A stretch of DNA of 63,192 nt, the filler included, from Nemertoderma westbladi (taxonomy: Eukaryota > Animalia > Xenacoelomorpha), in NCBI GenBank assembly GCA_032718475.1. It is 3 parts of 3 records of this genome, joined end to end, with 100 filler letters (N's around TTAATTAATTAA, not from the genome) between each part and the next. Parts side by side here need not be neighbours in the genome. Positions count along the whole stretch, not along the records: positions 26,690 to 55,318 come from JAUCBJ010008977.1; 2 more parts are not named here. One strand, 5' to 3'. The first letter of the stretch is position 1; the number at the start of each line of letters is the position of its first letter. A program made the translations under genes and the position numbers. Below, piece by piece: positions 38,166 through 48,135 of the stretch. The notes beneath the pieces are model-generated. The model made no database searches, was not told the origin of the DNA, and saw only the letters and a list, made by a program, of their open reading frames with translations.

Positions 38166-39350
38166 ACTGCAGGTACTGGCAGGCGCTACCTAGGCAAGTT
38201 CAGATAGATTATGCGTCGAGCAATAAAATCTGCTCGCGATGTGTGATGAGTGGGCATAGAGCAAGGGAATGCAAGGAGAAGCCGATCAAGTTTGGTCAAA
38301 GGAGAGGCCAAACGATGGCAACAAGCACAGTAGGGGCGAAGAAGAGAGGAACGGTGTTACTTGGAGTAGTACCCGTGCGAGTGATTGGGGAAGGCAATCG
38401 ATCAGTAACAACACTAATGCTGGTTGATAGTGGAGCTGCCTTCACATTAGTCGAGGAATGGGTGGCCGAAGAGATAGGATTGAGAACGAGGCCAAGCAGA
38501 ATGGCGGTAACAACCATCTCTAGCAAAGATGAGATCCTGGAGATGAGAACAGGACGGTGCGCAATTGCAGCAGTGGCACCAGGATGCGACTATGGGGCAA
38601 CCATCGACCCCATCCAAGTGATAGAGTCAATTAATATCAATGCCAGGCGGCCAACCAACATCGAGGTCGAGCAGCATAAATTCCTGGACGACATTGACTT
38701 CTCAATCCCAGACGTGGACGTTAGGAAGGTATCCATCATAGTAGGGATGGACTGCCCAATGGCCCACGAAAGAATGCAAACGGTCTTCGGCGAAGACAAG
38801 CAGTGTGACCCGGTGGCGATATTAACACCATTCGGGTGGACGCTGAGTGGTCCAATCAAGAGTAAGACACCATTTAGGATGTCGGAGACATCAGGATGCA
38901 TGTTCGCGGGAACAATGCAGGAGATGGGTGACGAGGGAGCAGAGGAGCAGCTTAGAAGACTGCTCAGACAGGATTTCGAGGGACTGAAAGAAACCAGGGT
39001 CAGGACATCGGTAGAAGACAAGCAGGCTTTACAAAGCATGGAGGAATCGATGACATGCAATGAGGGGCGGTGTACTATAGGAATGGTATGGAAGCTACCG
39101 AAGATACCGCTGCCCGACAATAGAGGGATGGTACTCACGAGACTCCGCAAGCTGAAACAAACACTAAAACGGAGCCCCGAGAAGAATGAGTACATCCACA
39201 GAACAATTAAGAAGTACGTCGAGAAAGGATGGGCCGTGGAGTTACCGGTCGACGAGCCGAACACGGACAGGACATATATTACCTGCCACTACACGTGGCT
39301 TTAGACCCAAAGAAAGGTAAACTACGGATGGTAGTCGACACATCGGCAAA
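38129..39350 (+). CDS. Gag zinc knuckles + BEL aspartic protease + pre-RT region and first RT residues (frameshifted, truncated)
   Basis: CSRCVMSGHRAREC; LVDSGAAFTLV; IIVGMD; TPFGWTLSGP; LPDNRGMV; frameshift to YYLPLHVALDPKKGKLRMVVDTSAK, then homology stops. Confidence 0.88.
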
Positions 39351-39368
39351 GAAGATCACTTCAGGGAG

Positions 39369-40877
39369 ATGCACGAACAGCGGCTGGTCGGGACCTACGG
39401 GACGCCGTCGCTGGACAACGCGATCTTCCAACACTTCCACTACGTGGTGAAAGGGGACGAGGCGAAGTTCGGGATTCCGAAGTACCCGAGGGAATCACCG
39501 AGGAAGGACTGGAAGAGATTTATAGAGTCCATCAACAGAGGAGGATATATGATCCTAGACGACGAGGGAACCGTGGAAGACGAGGCGGGTTCGAGACGAG
39601 GAACAGCGGGGTCGGCCAGGACCATACTCTTACATTTGGCCGCGCCAAATGGGGACATCTTCTTATTCGATCTAGGAACGTATGGGAAGAAGGACGGGCC
39701 GAAATTAAACCGGTTACCGAAAGCGGTACAAGTCTTGGTAAGAGAGAAGTCGACGACGAAAGTGGGATCGGCGATTCGCGAGGATGCGGAGAGAATCAGC
39801 GATCCGGATGCCACCAACCTCCTGGATATGCAGAAGGTCTTTATGGCTATGACGGCACCGGATGGGTTGGGGGTAGTCGAAAACACAGGCCAATGCGGGG
39901 CGGTGGCAATGGGCCAATTATTGGGGCTCGTGTGCCACAAACCGATGGATTGGGGGAAGTTTAGGGAAGAATACGGAGCAGAACTAGCGAACTCGCTAAA
40001 GTGGGGAGCGAGACCGGGAAAGCAGGAGGTATATCAATTCCGCAGGGGAGCGATAAAGGTACTTCAGAAGCGATATATCCTGCAGGAGGACTGGATGATG
40101 ATAAGTTTGCTTAACTTATTCATGACCGTGGTTATCGAGAGGGAACCAGGGGCATTTCTGTTATCGGGATCACCCCTAAGCTACAGGAGAGCCTTTAAAG
40201 TGGCCTTCGATGGTCTGGTAGACCACCCGGGGCTGAAGGGCGAGTCGGTGTACTACGACAGCCGGCATCTGGTAGACGGGGAGACAGATACGCCGTATCA
40301 GAGATGGGAGCAGCTAGAAACGGATAGACGAGAAGCAAAGCGACTAGAGGAAGTCGCCAGACGGGAGAGGATAGAAGCAGAGGAGAGGGAAGAGGAGGCC
40401 AGGACACAGAGTTACGGCTTCGAGGAACAGGCAGGCCTAGACGAACTTCATTGGACTTCATCAGGGAGTTCGGGGGAGTCTCTAGGGCGAGAACTGGGAT
40501 GGACGGTGGGATCACCGAAACAGTCGACGTCGGGGTTGCAAACGATGCCCATACCAGCAGGCGCCGAAGGCGACCAACCGCCAAGGAAGTTAAGGGAGTT
40601 AGAGGGATGGAGAGCTACGGGCGAGAGCCAAGGCGGGAAGGGACATAGTGGATCCATCGGGAAACCGGGGTTGGAGTCACTGCCAGAGGAGGAGGACGAC
40701 GACGACGAGTTCGGAGAGATGCCGCCCATCGAGAGGATAGGCCACTCGGACACGGACTGGGATGGCGATGGATTTCGCGGGGAGCACTATCAGGTTGGGC
40801 GAGCAACCGGGGATGGCACCACGGATAGTATTCGGGGAGACGATGCCCGAGAGGGGCGGAGAGATCGACGTAGATAG
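39369..40877 (+). CDS. DEDDy/DnaQ-like 3'-5' exonuclease (WRN-exo/EXD/RNase D-like) with coiled-coil and acidic tail
   Basis: ExoI ILDDEG (D64,E66); LLHLAAPNGDIFLFDL; LPKAVQVLVREKSTTKVGSAIREDAERI (ExoII D139); LLDMQ; ExoIII-like QKRYILQED (Y236, E240/D241). Confidence 0.75.
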   Translation: MHEQRLVGTYGTPSLDNAIFQHFHYVVKGDEAKFGIPKYPRESPRKDWKRFIESINRGGYMILDDEGTVEDEAGSRRGTAGSARTILLHLAAPNGDIFLFDLGTYGKKDGPKLNRLPKAVQVLVREKSTTKVGSAIREDAERISDPDATNLLDMQKVFMAMTAPDGLGVVENTGQCGAVAMGQLLGLVCHKPMDWGKFREEYGAELANSLKWGARPGKQEVYQFRRGAIKVLQKRYILQEDWMMISLLNLFMTVVIEREPGAFLLSGSPLSYRRAFKVAFDGLVDHPGLKGESVYYDSRHLVDGETDTPYQRWEQLETDRREAKRLEEVARRERIEAEEREEEARTQSYGFEEQAGLDELHWTSSGSSGESLGRELGWTVGSPKQSTSGLQTMPIPAGAEGDQPPRKLRELEGWRATGESQGGKGHSGSIGKPGLESLPEEEDDDDEFGEMPPIERIGHSDTDWDGDGFRGEHYQVGRATGDGTTDSIRGDDAREGRRDRRR

Positions 40878-41676
40878 AGACACCAACATGGAGAAGTTCG
40901 CCTACCAGCGACTCCACAGACTGCGGAGATCGCTTGGGACGAAAGACGAGGTGGGACGGGAGACATTGGTACTCGGCTGCGACTACTGTGGGAGACAGAC
41001 CCACCAGGAAAGGAGCTGCTTGTACCGGTTCCAGAAGGGAACCTTTTGTCTCTACTGCCGAGAGCCAAGCCACAGGATGGGGGCGTGTCCACGGTTGCAT
41101 AACCGATGTCCAAAGTGCCACTTTCGGGGACACTACGGACGCGAGTGCGACTGGATGAACGACGAGGAGAAGTTCACAAGATTCGAGGAGTGGGCCGACG
41201 TCGGGGCCATGACGCGTCAGCGCATGAAGGCCCAGGAGTTCAAGTGGGGTTTCTTCCTTATCAATCAGGAGACTCACATGGAAATCATAAAGCGGAGGCT
41301 ACCGTTTACCTACCAAGAGGTAGCAACGGCGGCGTCGTACGCCGGAGTGATGAACACGCAAAGATATTTGGACAGGTGGACGCCACAGAACCGAAGGGAG
41401 TTTAGGGATTTCTTGGTGGAGCACGTACCGCAAGCAATGAAAATGATCCTATGGGACGCCACCAGAGGGAGACAACCGGGCCACTCTGAGGGGCCACCGG
41501 CGAAGCGATATCGGGCACTAATAACACCAGCGCCCAAGGAGCCAACGACCGGGATCAGCAGGGAGGTGGCGGCGAAGGTCCGAAAGCAGAAAGCGGATCC
41601 CAGAGGAACGGTGGTAACCAAGAAACGACCCAGGGAAGAGGACGCCAGGGGGAACTATCCCCAGAGGAACAGATAG
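40762..41676 (+). CDS. Triple CCHC zinc-knuckle protein, possibly the frameshifted C-terminus of the exonuclease ORF
   Basis: CDYCGRQTHQERSC, CLYCREPSHRMGAC, CPKCHFRGHYGREC, each CX2CX4HX4C; basic C-terminus. Confidence 0.8.
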   Translation: MAMDFAGSTIRLGEQPGMAPRIVFGETMPERGGEIDVDRDTNMEKFAYQRLHRLRRSLGTKDEVGRETLVLGCDYCGRQTHQERSCLYRFQKGTFCLYCREPSHRMGACPRLHNRCPKCHFRGHYGRECDWMNDEEKFTRFEEWADVGAMTRQRMKAQEFKWGFFLINQETHMEIIKRRLPFTYQEVATAASYAGVMNTQRYLDRWTPQNRREFRDFLVEHVPQAMKMILWDATRGRQPGHSEGPPAKRYRALITPAPKEPTTGISREVAAKVRKQKADPRGTVVTKKRPREEDARGNYPQRNR

Positions 41677-42378
41677 GTTCCCAGAGTCGAGGGAGAGAGA
41701 CTGGGACTTGGACGTGGTACGCCTGGAAGGCGCTGCGTGAGACGTACGAACTATTAAGTACAAATCTAATTAATGCAAATAATCATATAAGTGCAATTTG
41801 TATGTATGTACGTAGTAATTACTAATCTACAAATATACGTTCGGAGTAAGTACTATAGTCATACAACCTTTCTCAATTAGCTACTGGGACTGGGGGATAA
41901 CTGACTATGGCACTATGGACGAGACACCAGACAATTTCACACTTCTTGAGTGCGACGGCACAAGAGGGGGGGGGGGGAGATTCGTCAGGAGGAATGAGAT
42001 AGTCAAAGTGGGGTTGAGGGACAGAGTAATAGAGCGAAGTGCAAAGAGAGTGCGGACGCAATTCTAGTGTGGGGGGGGAGAATAAGAGGCTGAGTGAGGG
42101 ACGAGGAGGTTCGAGTGTATGAGAGAGTTAGGATGAGAGTGAAGAAGAGATAGGGCGGAAGTGTTGGGGAAACAAAAGTTGCGTGAGAGGTGAGCGCGAT
42201 CGGCCCGACATGAGACGCCAGGCACACAGGGTAGCGTTATCATACCCATAGGGAGCGGCCTGGAAAGCCGGCTCCGAGAGAAAAGAATTCCACCCCACAC
42301 CCGATACTAGATCGGGATCCAGCGGGATTGTAGCGCACTTTTTTGGTTGATGCTATCTTCTTACCGGGAAGATAGCAT

Positions 42379-42387
42379 GGGGGGGAG
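42379..42387 (+). other. Polypurine tract
   Basis: GGGGGGGAG directly before TGTTAGC. Confidence 0.7.
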
Positions 42388-43208
42388 TGTTAGCTTATTC
42401 AATCCCGCTAACACCCCATAAAGTTAAGCCGATAAGCAATATTGGGAGCCATGAGATTGGGTAATCAACCAACTCGTGCCACCCCAATAAGAATGGGAAG
42501 GAGAAGCACACAATGAGGGTCAGGGGCCAAACCCCTAACCCAGAGAGAACAGGTGGAGTGAACGGGAACACTCCAAAGGGCGCCAACAAGGGTATCAACC
42601 AATCAGAGGGGGGAAAGGCATCGATTAGGTAGAGTAACAAGGCCAACCGTGCAATATAGCCACTTGGCAGTAATCATATCAGTTCAGTTATCTCAGTGCA
42701 ATACTGGTGCTAGTTTAGGTTAGATAGTTTAGCTAGGGAAGGACCGGGACTTTAGTTACCGTATCCCGCCTTCCGTGTACAACAATCTATATCTATATCT
42801 CTATACCGATCATTATATACAACGAACGACACGAACCCATTTACTCTTCACACACGGCGGGGACGCGTGAACTAACAACGGATAAACCGGGATCCCTCCT
42901 GGATCCCGTCACAACATTATTTAGAGCGCCACGTCCTAAAGGAACTGTTTATATTTCCCGAAAGTGAATAATATTTGTCAGAGATTATATATTACGATCA
43001 GTCGAATAATACAGTAGGCCTACACCGCAATAAGGTTAGGCTTCCGAATCCAGTCTCCCGGGTATATCCAGCGGGTGAATGGTCGCGCATAGACTGGCTT
43101 CGGCTAATGTAGTGTATCAAATACTCGTCATAGGCTAAAGTCGATTTATTATCTAGAAGACATCCAAATTTGGCAGGTTAAACTGCTAAAGGTCTGAAAG
43201 CGCGAACA
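42388..43208 (+). mobile_element. 3' LTR of the BEL/Pao element (821 bp)
   Basis: Starts TGT after the PPT; ends AAAGCGCGAACA; right boundary confirmed by empty sites gcagtg|agcgttg at 29352 and 33149; last ~290 bp shared with the other LTRs. Confidence 0.8.
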
Positions 43209-44317
43209 AGCGTTGATTGGTCAATAAAATAGATATTTAATTATTAGTAACATTAATTATGGAAAGACAGGAAGAAATATTCCTTAATTAAAGTAAAAGT
43301 CTTATAAAAGGAATCAATCCCGTTAATATAGTTGAACTACTTACTGTACTGATGATATAATATCCACTACTCTGATGGTCTTTTATATTATTCAATGGCA
43401 ACACGTAAAAAATAATTAAAATTGGTTACTTTTATAATTTATTAAATCAATAATAAAGTTACATTACGTAAAATACCAGCTAAAATTTTCACAGATTTGT
43501 TGCGTTTTGAAATAAAGTTTCTAGTAGATTAAATTATTACAGGTTATTTATCTTGAGCGAAACATGAATCCAATCAGCATATGATTACTACATACAAATA
43601 TAGTTTCGTAATGTTGGCCTTCTCAGTAAGGTAAGTATTTCCGCTTCTACGTATTGTTTCAATTTCAGTAACAAGTTAGGTAACTTTTATTTTAATTTCA
43701 ATGCTTTCAAATGGACCTATTTCCTTTTCCTTCGAGGGTTTCTCAGGATTTGGCCCCATTTCCTTTTCCTTGTAGGGTTTCCAATAAGTTTTTCCCCACG
43801 TTCCAGTTAAATCCGCCCCTGGCTCGCAATACCAGTACATCCTAAAGCTGCGATCGTACCACCATGGTCCATTTTCACTACATACTTGAAACTGGTCGAC
43901 CACACTCCTATCCGCAAAGAAATAGAACATTTTATTTATACCTTTATTATATTCATTAAATGAATATTTAGTGAATTTATTTTTCTCCCATCTATTCGGA
44001 CCTATTATTATTGGGTTAATTTAATTGCCACACAATGTAAGTAATTTAAGTATTACTCTATTAAAAATAATTTCTAAAACGACTACTGAGGAAAAACACA
44101 GTAGGCCTACTCTTTTGTTGTAAAAAAAGTGCATAATTAACAGTTTCAGGTCCACAGGCCCTGTAAAGTTATTATTCTAGAACTGCATTGTCAATATAAT
44201 GTTCAAACAATCAGACTGGCACATTGAGCAGTATGCAGACAGCAGTAAGCAGTATCGTTTATGCTGGTAAGTATACTCTCTAGTTGGGGCGAGCCATTCC
44301 GTGGGCGAGCCAACTAG
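43209..44317. repeat. Third, more diverged copy of repeat X, followed by a hairpin ending CTAG|T (possible Helitron 3' end)
   Basis: 43209-44169 aligns with 33149-34132; ctagttgg...ccaactag|t at 44280-44318. Confidence 0.7.
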
Positions 44318-47300
44318 TGAGTTATATTGAGCCAAGGGTCTATCAGTATCTTTTGTGTGCCCTTGTCCATGGTAGTCCGCTACATAACCAAAACAATAAA
44401 CCTATAGTTTAGTAGTTATAGTTATGGTTAGTTTATAGTATCTATTGGAACTCAATTCGCTTCCATTGGAACTAATTTTGCCTCCATTGGAACTAAATTC
44501 GATTTACATGTATTTACATCTGATATAAATTAATTATTTGAAATCTGTTTTAGCGAAAATTAATCATTAATTAATTAGTAAGGTGAGTATCGGCCTGTTT
44601 AAACTACCCCCCCCCCCCCCCCCCCCCCCCCCCCTCAGATTCCAACTTATTTATCCAACAAGATGCAAACGATTCCCAGATACAATGCTATTAAATTAAC
44701 TGAAAATAGCAATTGATTGTTTACGTCTTAATTTAGCAAGGTGAATTTAATTTATTTGATAAATAAATGTAAAATATTAAAATATAGTAAAGAAATATCT
44801 ACAGTGTTCACAGAATAGTGTTTAAATAGAACCGTCACCGAATATTCTAAAAACGCGAAAATCGGAGTGGAGAGGAAGCGAGCAGAGTGGAGTAGGGGGG
44901 GCGGGCCGTACCTGAAATCGCGAAGGGCCTGAGCGCGTGGGCGCGAGGATTGATTCAAGGTAAGAACCCGGGCCTTAAATGTGCAGGAAATTACCACGGA
45001 CAATACCTTGGGTACTAGTGAACGGAAAGTGAAGTACCGGCGCAGCGGTAAGTCTCGTTTGCCTGACGTGAAATTCGGGCTCGGTTCAACCGTCTTCTTA
45101 AATCTTCAGCTCAGCAGCTCTCTTCATTTTTTTTTCGTTATTCTAAAACATATTACCCTGGCAACCCACACCACACCACTGCCGCGCCAAGCAACCGCAA
45201 GGGAACCACAATGCAACCATGCAACCACAATGTACTAGTGAACGGAAAGTGAAGTACCGGCGCAGTACCGGTGTTACAATTACAGTACCCTGACCCACCC
45301 CAAATAGTGGCAATACGTAAGAGACTTCGCCTACTACACACTGTACGTGGCTATCCCCACGATTGAAACATTGGAACTAAGTTCCCATGGTTACCCCCTG
45401 CGGCAGCGCACAAAGAAGCAAGGGTTTTCGAAAGGTGCCTTAATATTTATATTTTTCCACCTGGGTCTATCATTAAGAGTCACTAAGACTACATTAAGAG
45501 TCATTAAGACTACATATATAAATTGCGTGCAAAATTATTATATTAATCAATATGCTTTCCGAAATTTATAAAAAGTTTACAAAAGTATTTTATATAATTT
45601 TATATAATATAACATAACTAAATATAGAGTAATAACTGTGACACAATCCAATTAATACGCATCAACTAAATACAAAATAGTTACGAAGAAATATTCCAAA
45701 CTAATGAATAAGGTTATTTTACAATAATGATATAATTATATCAGTTGAACATCTGAGTTGGTTTCCTGTCAGCGATCCATATCTGTGTTACATATAGGAA
45801 TGTAACCCTGTGTATCCAATACAGACCCCCTGGGTTTACTGACCTAGTCTGTACTGTAACCAATCCACTGATCGCTGTAATTAAAGCTAAATATATCCCT
45901 TATAAGGATATGAATAGCTGAACTGGTGTTTTTGGGTGCGGAATGGAGTGCGATTGTCCAAACAGAGTTGATAGTTTAGTAACACGGACGGACGTACAAT
46001 GACATAGGGTTGTCGGGTAACTTTAGGGAAACCACAACCAGCCACAGTGGGACCGAGATAATTAGAATAGATTAGATAAACATATAACATTATAGTAGTT
46101 CTGAATGGGAACCAACTCCGTTACACTCATTGTAAACCAATGTTTTATTGGTTAAATAATATAACCAATGGGAACCTCTGAGTTATAATTAAAACGTTTC
46201 ATTAGTGGATGGACCAGGTTTGAGTCTACCAAAGGGACGTAGCAGATACACAGGTATTAACTCGAATACTCAATACAGACAATGTGAGATCAATTCGACA
46301 AAAAACGAATTAAAATGGAAACCAATTGAGGGAAATTTATATCATTTAGGTATTTACATCTGATATAAATTAATTATTTTAAATCTGTTTTAGCGAAAAT
46401 TGCAAAATATTAATCCCTAAGCAAAATATTAATTAAATCTTTGTTATTATTTATAATATAAATAAAGTTAGAAAATTCCCATATAAATTATCACTTAAAC
46501 CTATTTATACAACTTCTGATCTTCTCTACGGAATACTTATGATAGTTTGAGGTTACAACTTCTGAACTTCTGTCTGTCTGTATGGTTGGGTTACTTTATT
46601 TGGATGTTATTTGTTAATTTGTTACAATTAAGTTTCTCTTCTCTGATATTCCAATATTATATATATAATATTCCGCTTCTGTTTTCTTATATTCCAAATG
46701 GCATCTTGTTTGGTTCGCGATTATTCTGTAAATATAGAAATTAAATAGGTCCGGATAAAATTTTTTATGTTATTGAAACCTTTTTTATGTTATATTTTTT
46801 ATATAATATTTAATTCATTTCGAATATGCACCAAACAATACCCATCACCAACAGACAACATGCGTATTAATTGGCCAAGTAGAAAAGGGCGGGAAATTTA
46901 AAATTAGCAGTATAATAGGCCCTAGTGTTACTTAGATAAATTTCTAACTAAAACCAAATTTAGTTCTAGAGGCTTTTGTGACTCAATGTAACTCACCTTA
47001 ATATATCCAAGATTCAACTCCTTAAATAATTTGGATTATTGGTCTAGTTGGAATATAAGATATGGTGCCGACATCTCAATGTTAAATAATAATCTGTCCG
47101 AGTTGAACTGAAGTTGTTGATTTAGAATTCAAGAGGTGATACTTGTCTGGAGAATAGCAAAACGGAAAAATAATATAATGATTTCATATTAAAAATCCCT
47201 CCCAGCCCAGTGTAAAAATTGAAACTTGCATCACCAATATATATTTAAATTCGTCGTTCGCACGATTTAGTTAGTCGTTCGTACAAGTTCTTAGTAATTC

Positions 47301-47519
47301 ATTCATGAGTTTGTAAAAAGTATTTTTTTTCTTTCATATCCCTTAAGTACATGCTTCTATATGTTAGCGACGCATTTCAGCTTGTATCTACTGTAATTTA
47401 ACTACCGGTAGACCTACTGCAGACCTGCTTACAGACTGCCAGACTTTAGCAATAACAGAATAAGGCAGTACTGCAGTAAGGTAGGCCTAAACTGACTAAT
47501 CAGCCTAAACAAAAAATCC

Positions 47520-48135
47520 CAAACAGACTGACCGACAGACAGTCTGGATAGGGTCAAAAGTGAAAACTGACAGCGGTAATGAAATCCTTGACCAGGAAAA
47601 CCCCTCAGAGAGAATTTTAATTAGCTAATGTGATTCGTTATATTTTTGACGGACAGACAGACCGACAGGCAGACCGACAGACAGACCGACAGACAGTCTG
47701 GATAGAGTCAAAAGTGAAAACTAACAGCGGAAATGAAATCCTTGACCAGGAAAACCCCCATAGAGAGAATTTTAATTAGCTATGGGTGATTCCTTATATT
47801 TTTGATGGACAGACGGACAGGCAGACAGACAGACTGACCGACAGACAGTCTGCATAGGGTCAAAAGTGAAAACTGACAGCGGAAATGAAATCCTTGACCA
47901 GGAAAACCCCCATAACGAGAATTTTAATTAGCTATTGTGATTCCTTATGTTTTTGACGGACAGACTGACAGACAGACCGACAGACAGACCGACAAAAAGT
48001 CTGGATAGGGTGAAAAGAGAAAACTGACAGCGGAAATGAAATCCTTAACAAGGAAAACCCCCATAGCGAGAATGTTAGTAGATTTTATTCTTTCTAAAGT
48101 CTTGACAGACAAACTGACAGAAAGACTGACAGACT
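47520..48135. repeat. ~153 bp tandem repeat (4 units) containing (GACA)n microsatellite
   Basis: agtctggatagggtcaaaagtgaaaactgacagcgg...aggaaaacccc recurs near 47541, 47695, 47847, 47998. Confidence 0.9.

Larger units (their letters stand above)
35055..43208 (+). mobile_element. Non-autonomous BEL/Pao LTR retrotransposon: gag, protease, RT stub, DEDDy exonuclease ORF, CCHC ORF, PPT, 3' LTR
   Basis: BEL-type gag core, D-S-G protease, YYLPLH...KLRMVVDTSAK RT start, GGGGGGGAG|TGT...ACA; 5' LTR missing. Confidence 0.9.

Noticed and set aside
39369-41676. env gene in the usual third-ORF position
   Set aside because: No signal peptide or C-terminal TM anchor; motifs fit an exonuclease and zinc knuckles
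43044-43103. Hammerhead or HDV ribozyme call for the U5 structure
   Set aside because: No CUGANGA/GAAA core and no HDV nested pseudoknot found by eye; kept only as an unclassified structure
34133-43208. DIRS-type element or DNA transposon with terminal inverted repeats
   Set aside because: The inverted ends are 3' ends of TG...CA LTRs seen complete elsewhere; coding content is BEL gag/protease with no tyrosine recombinase or transposase
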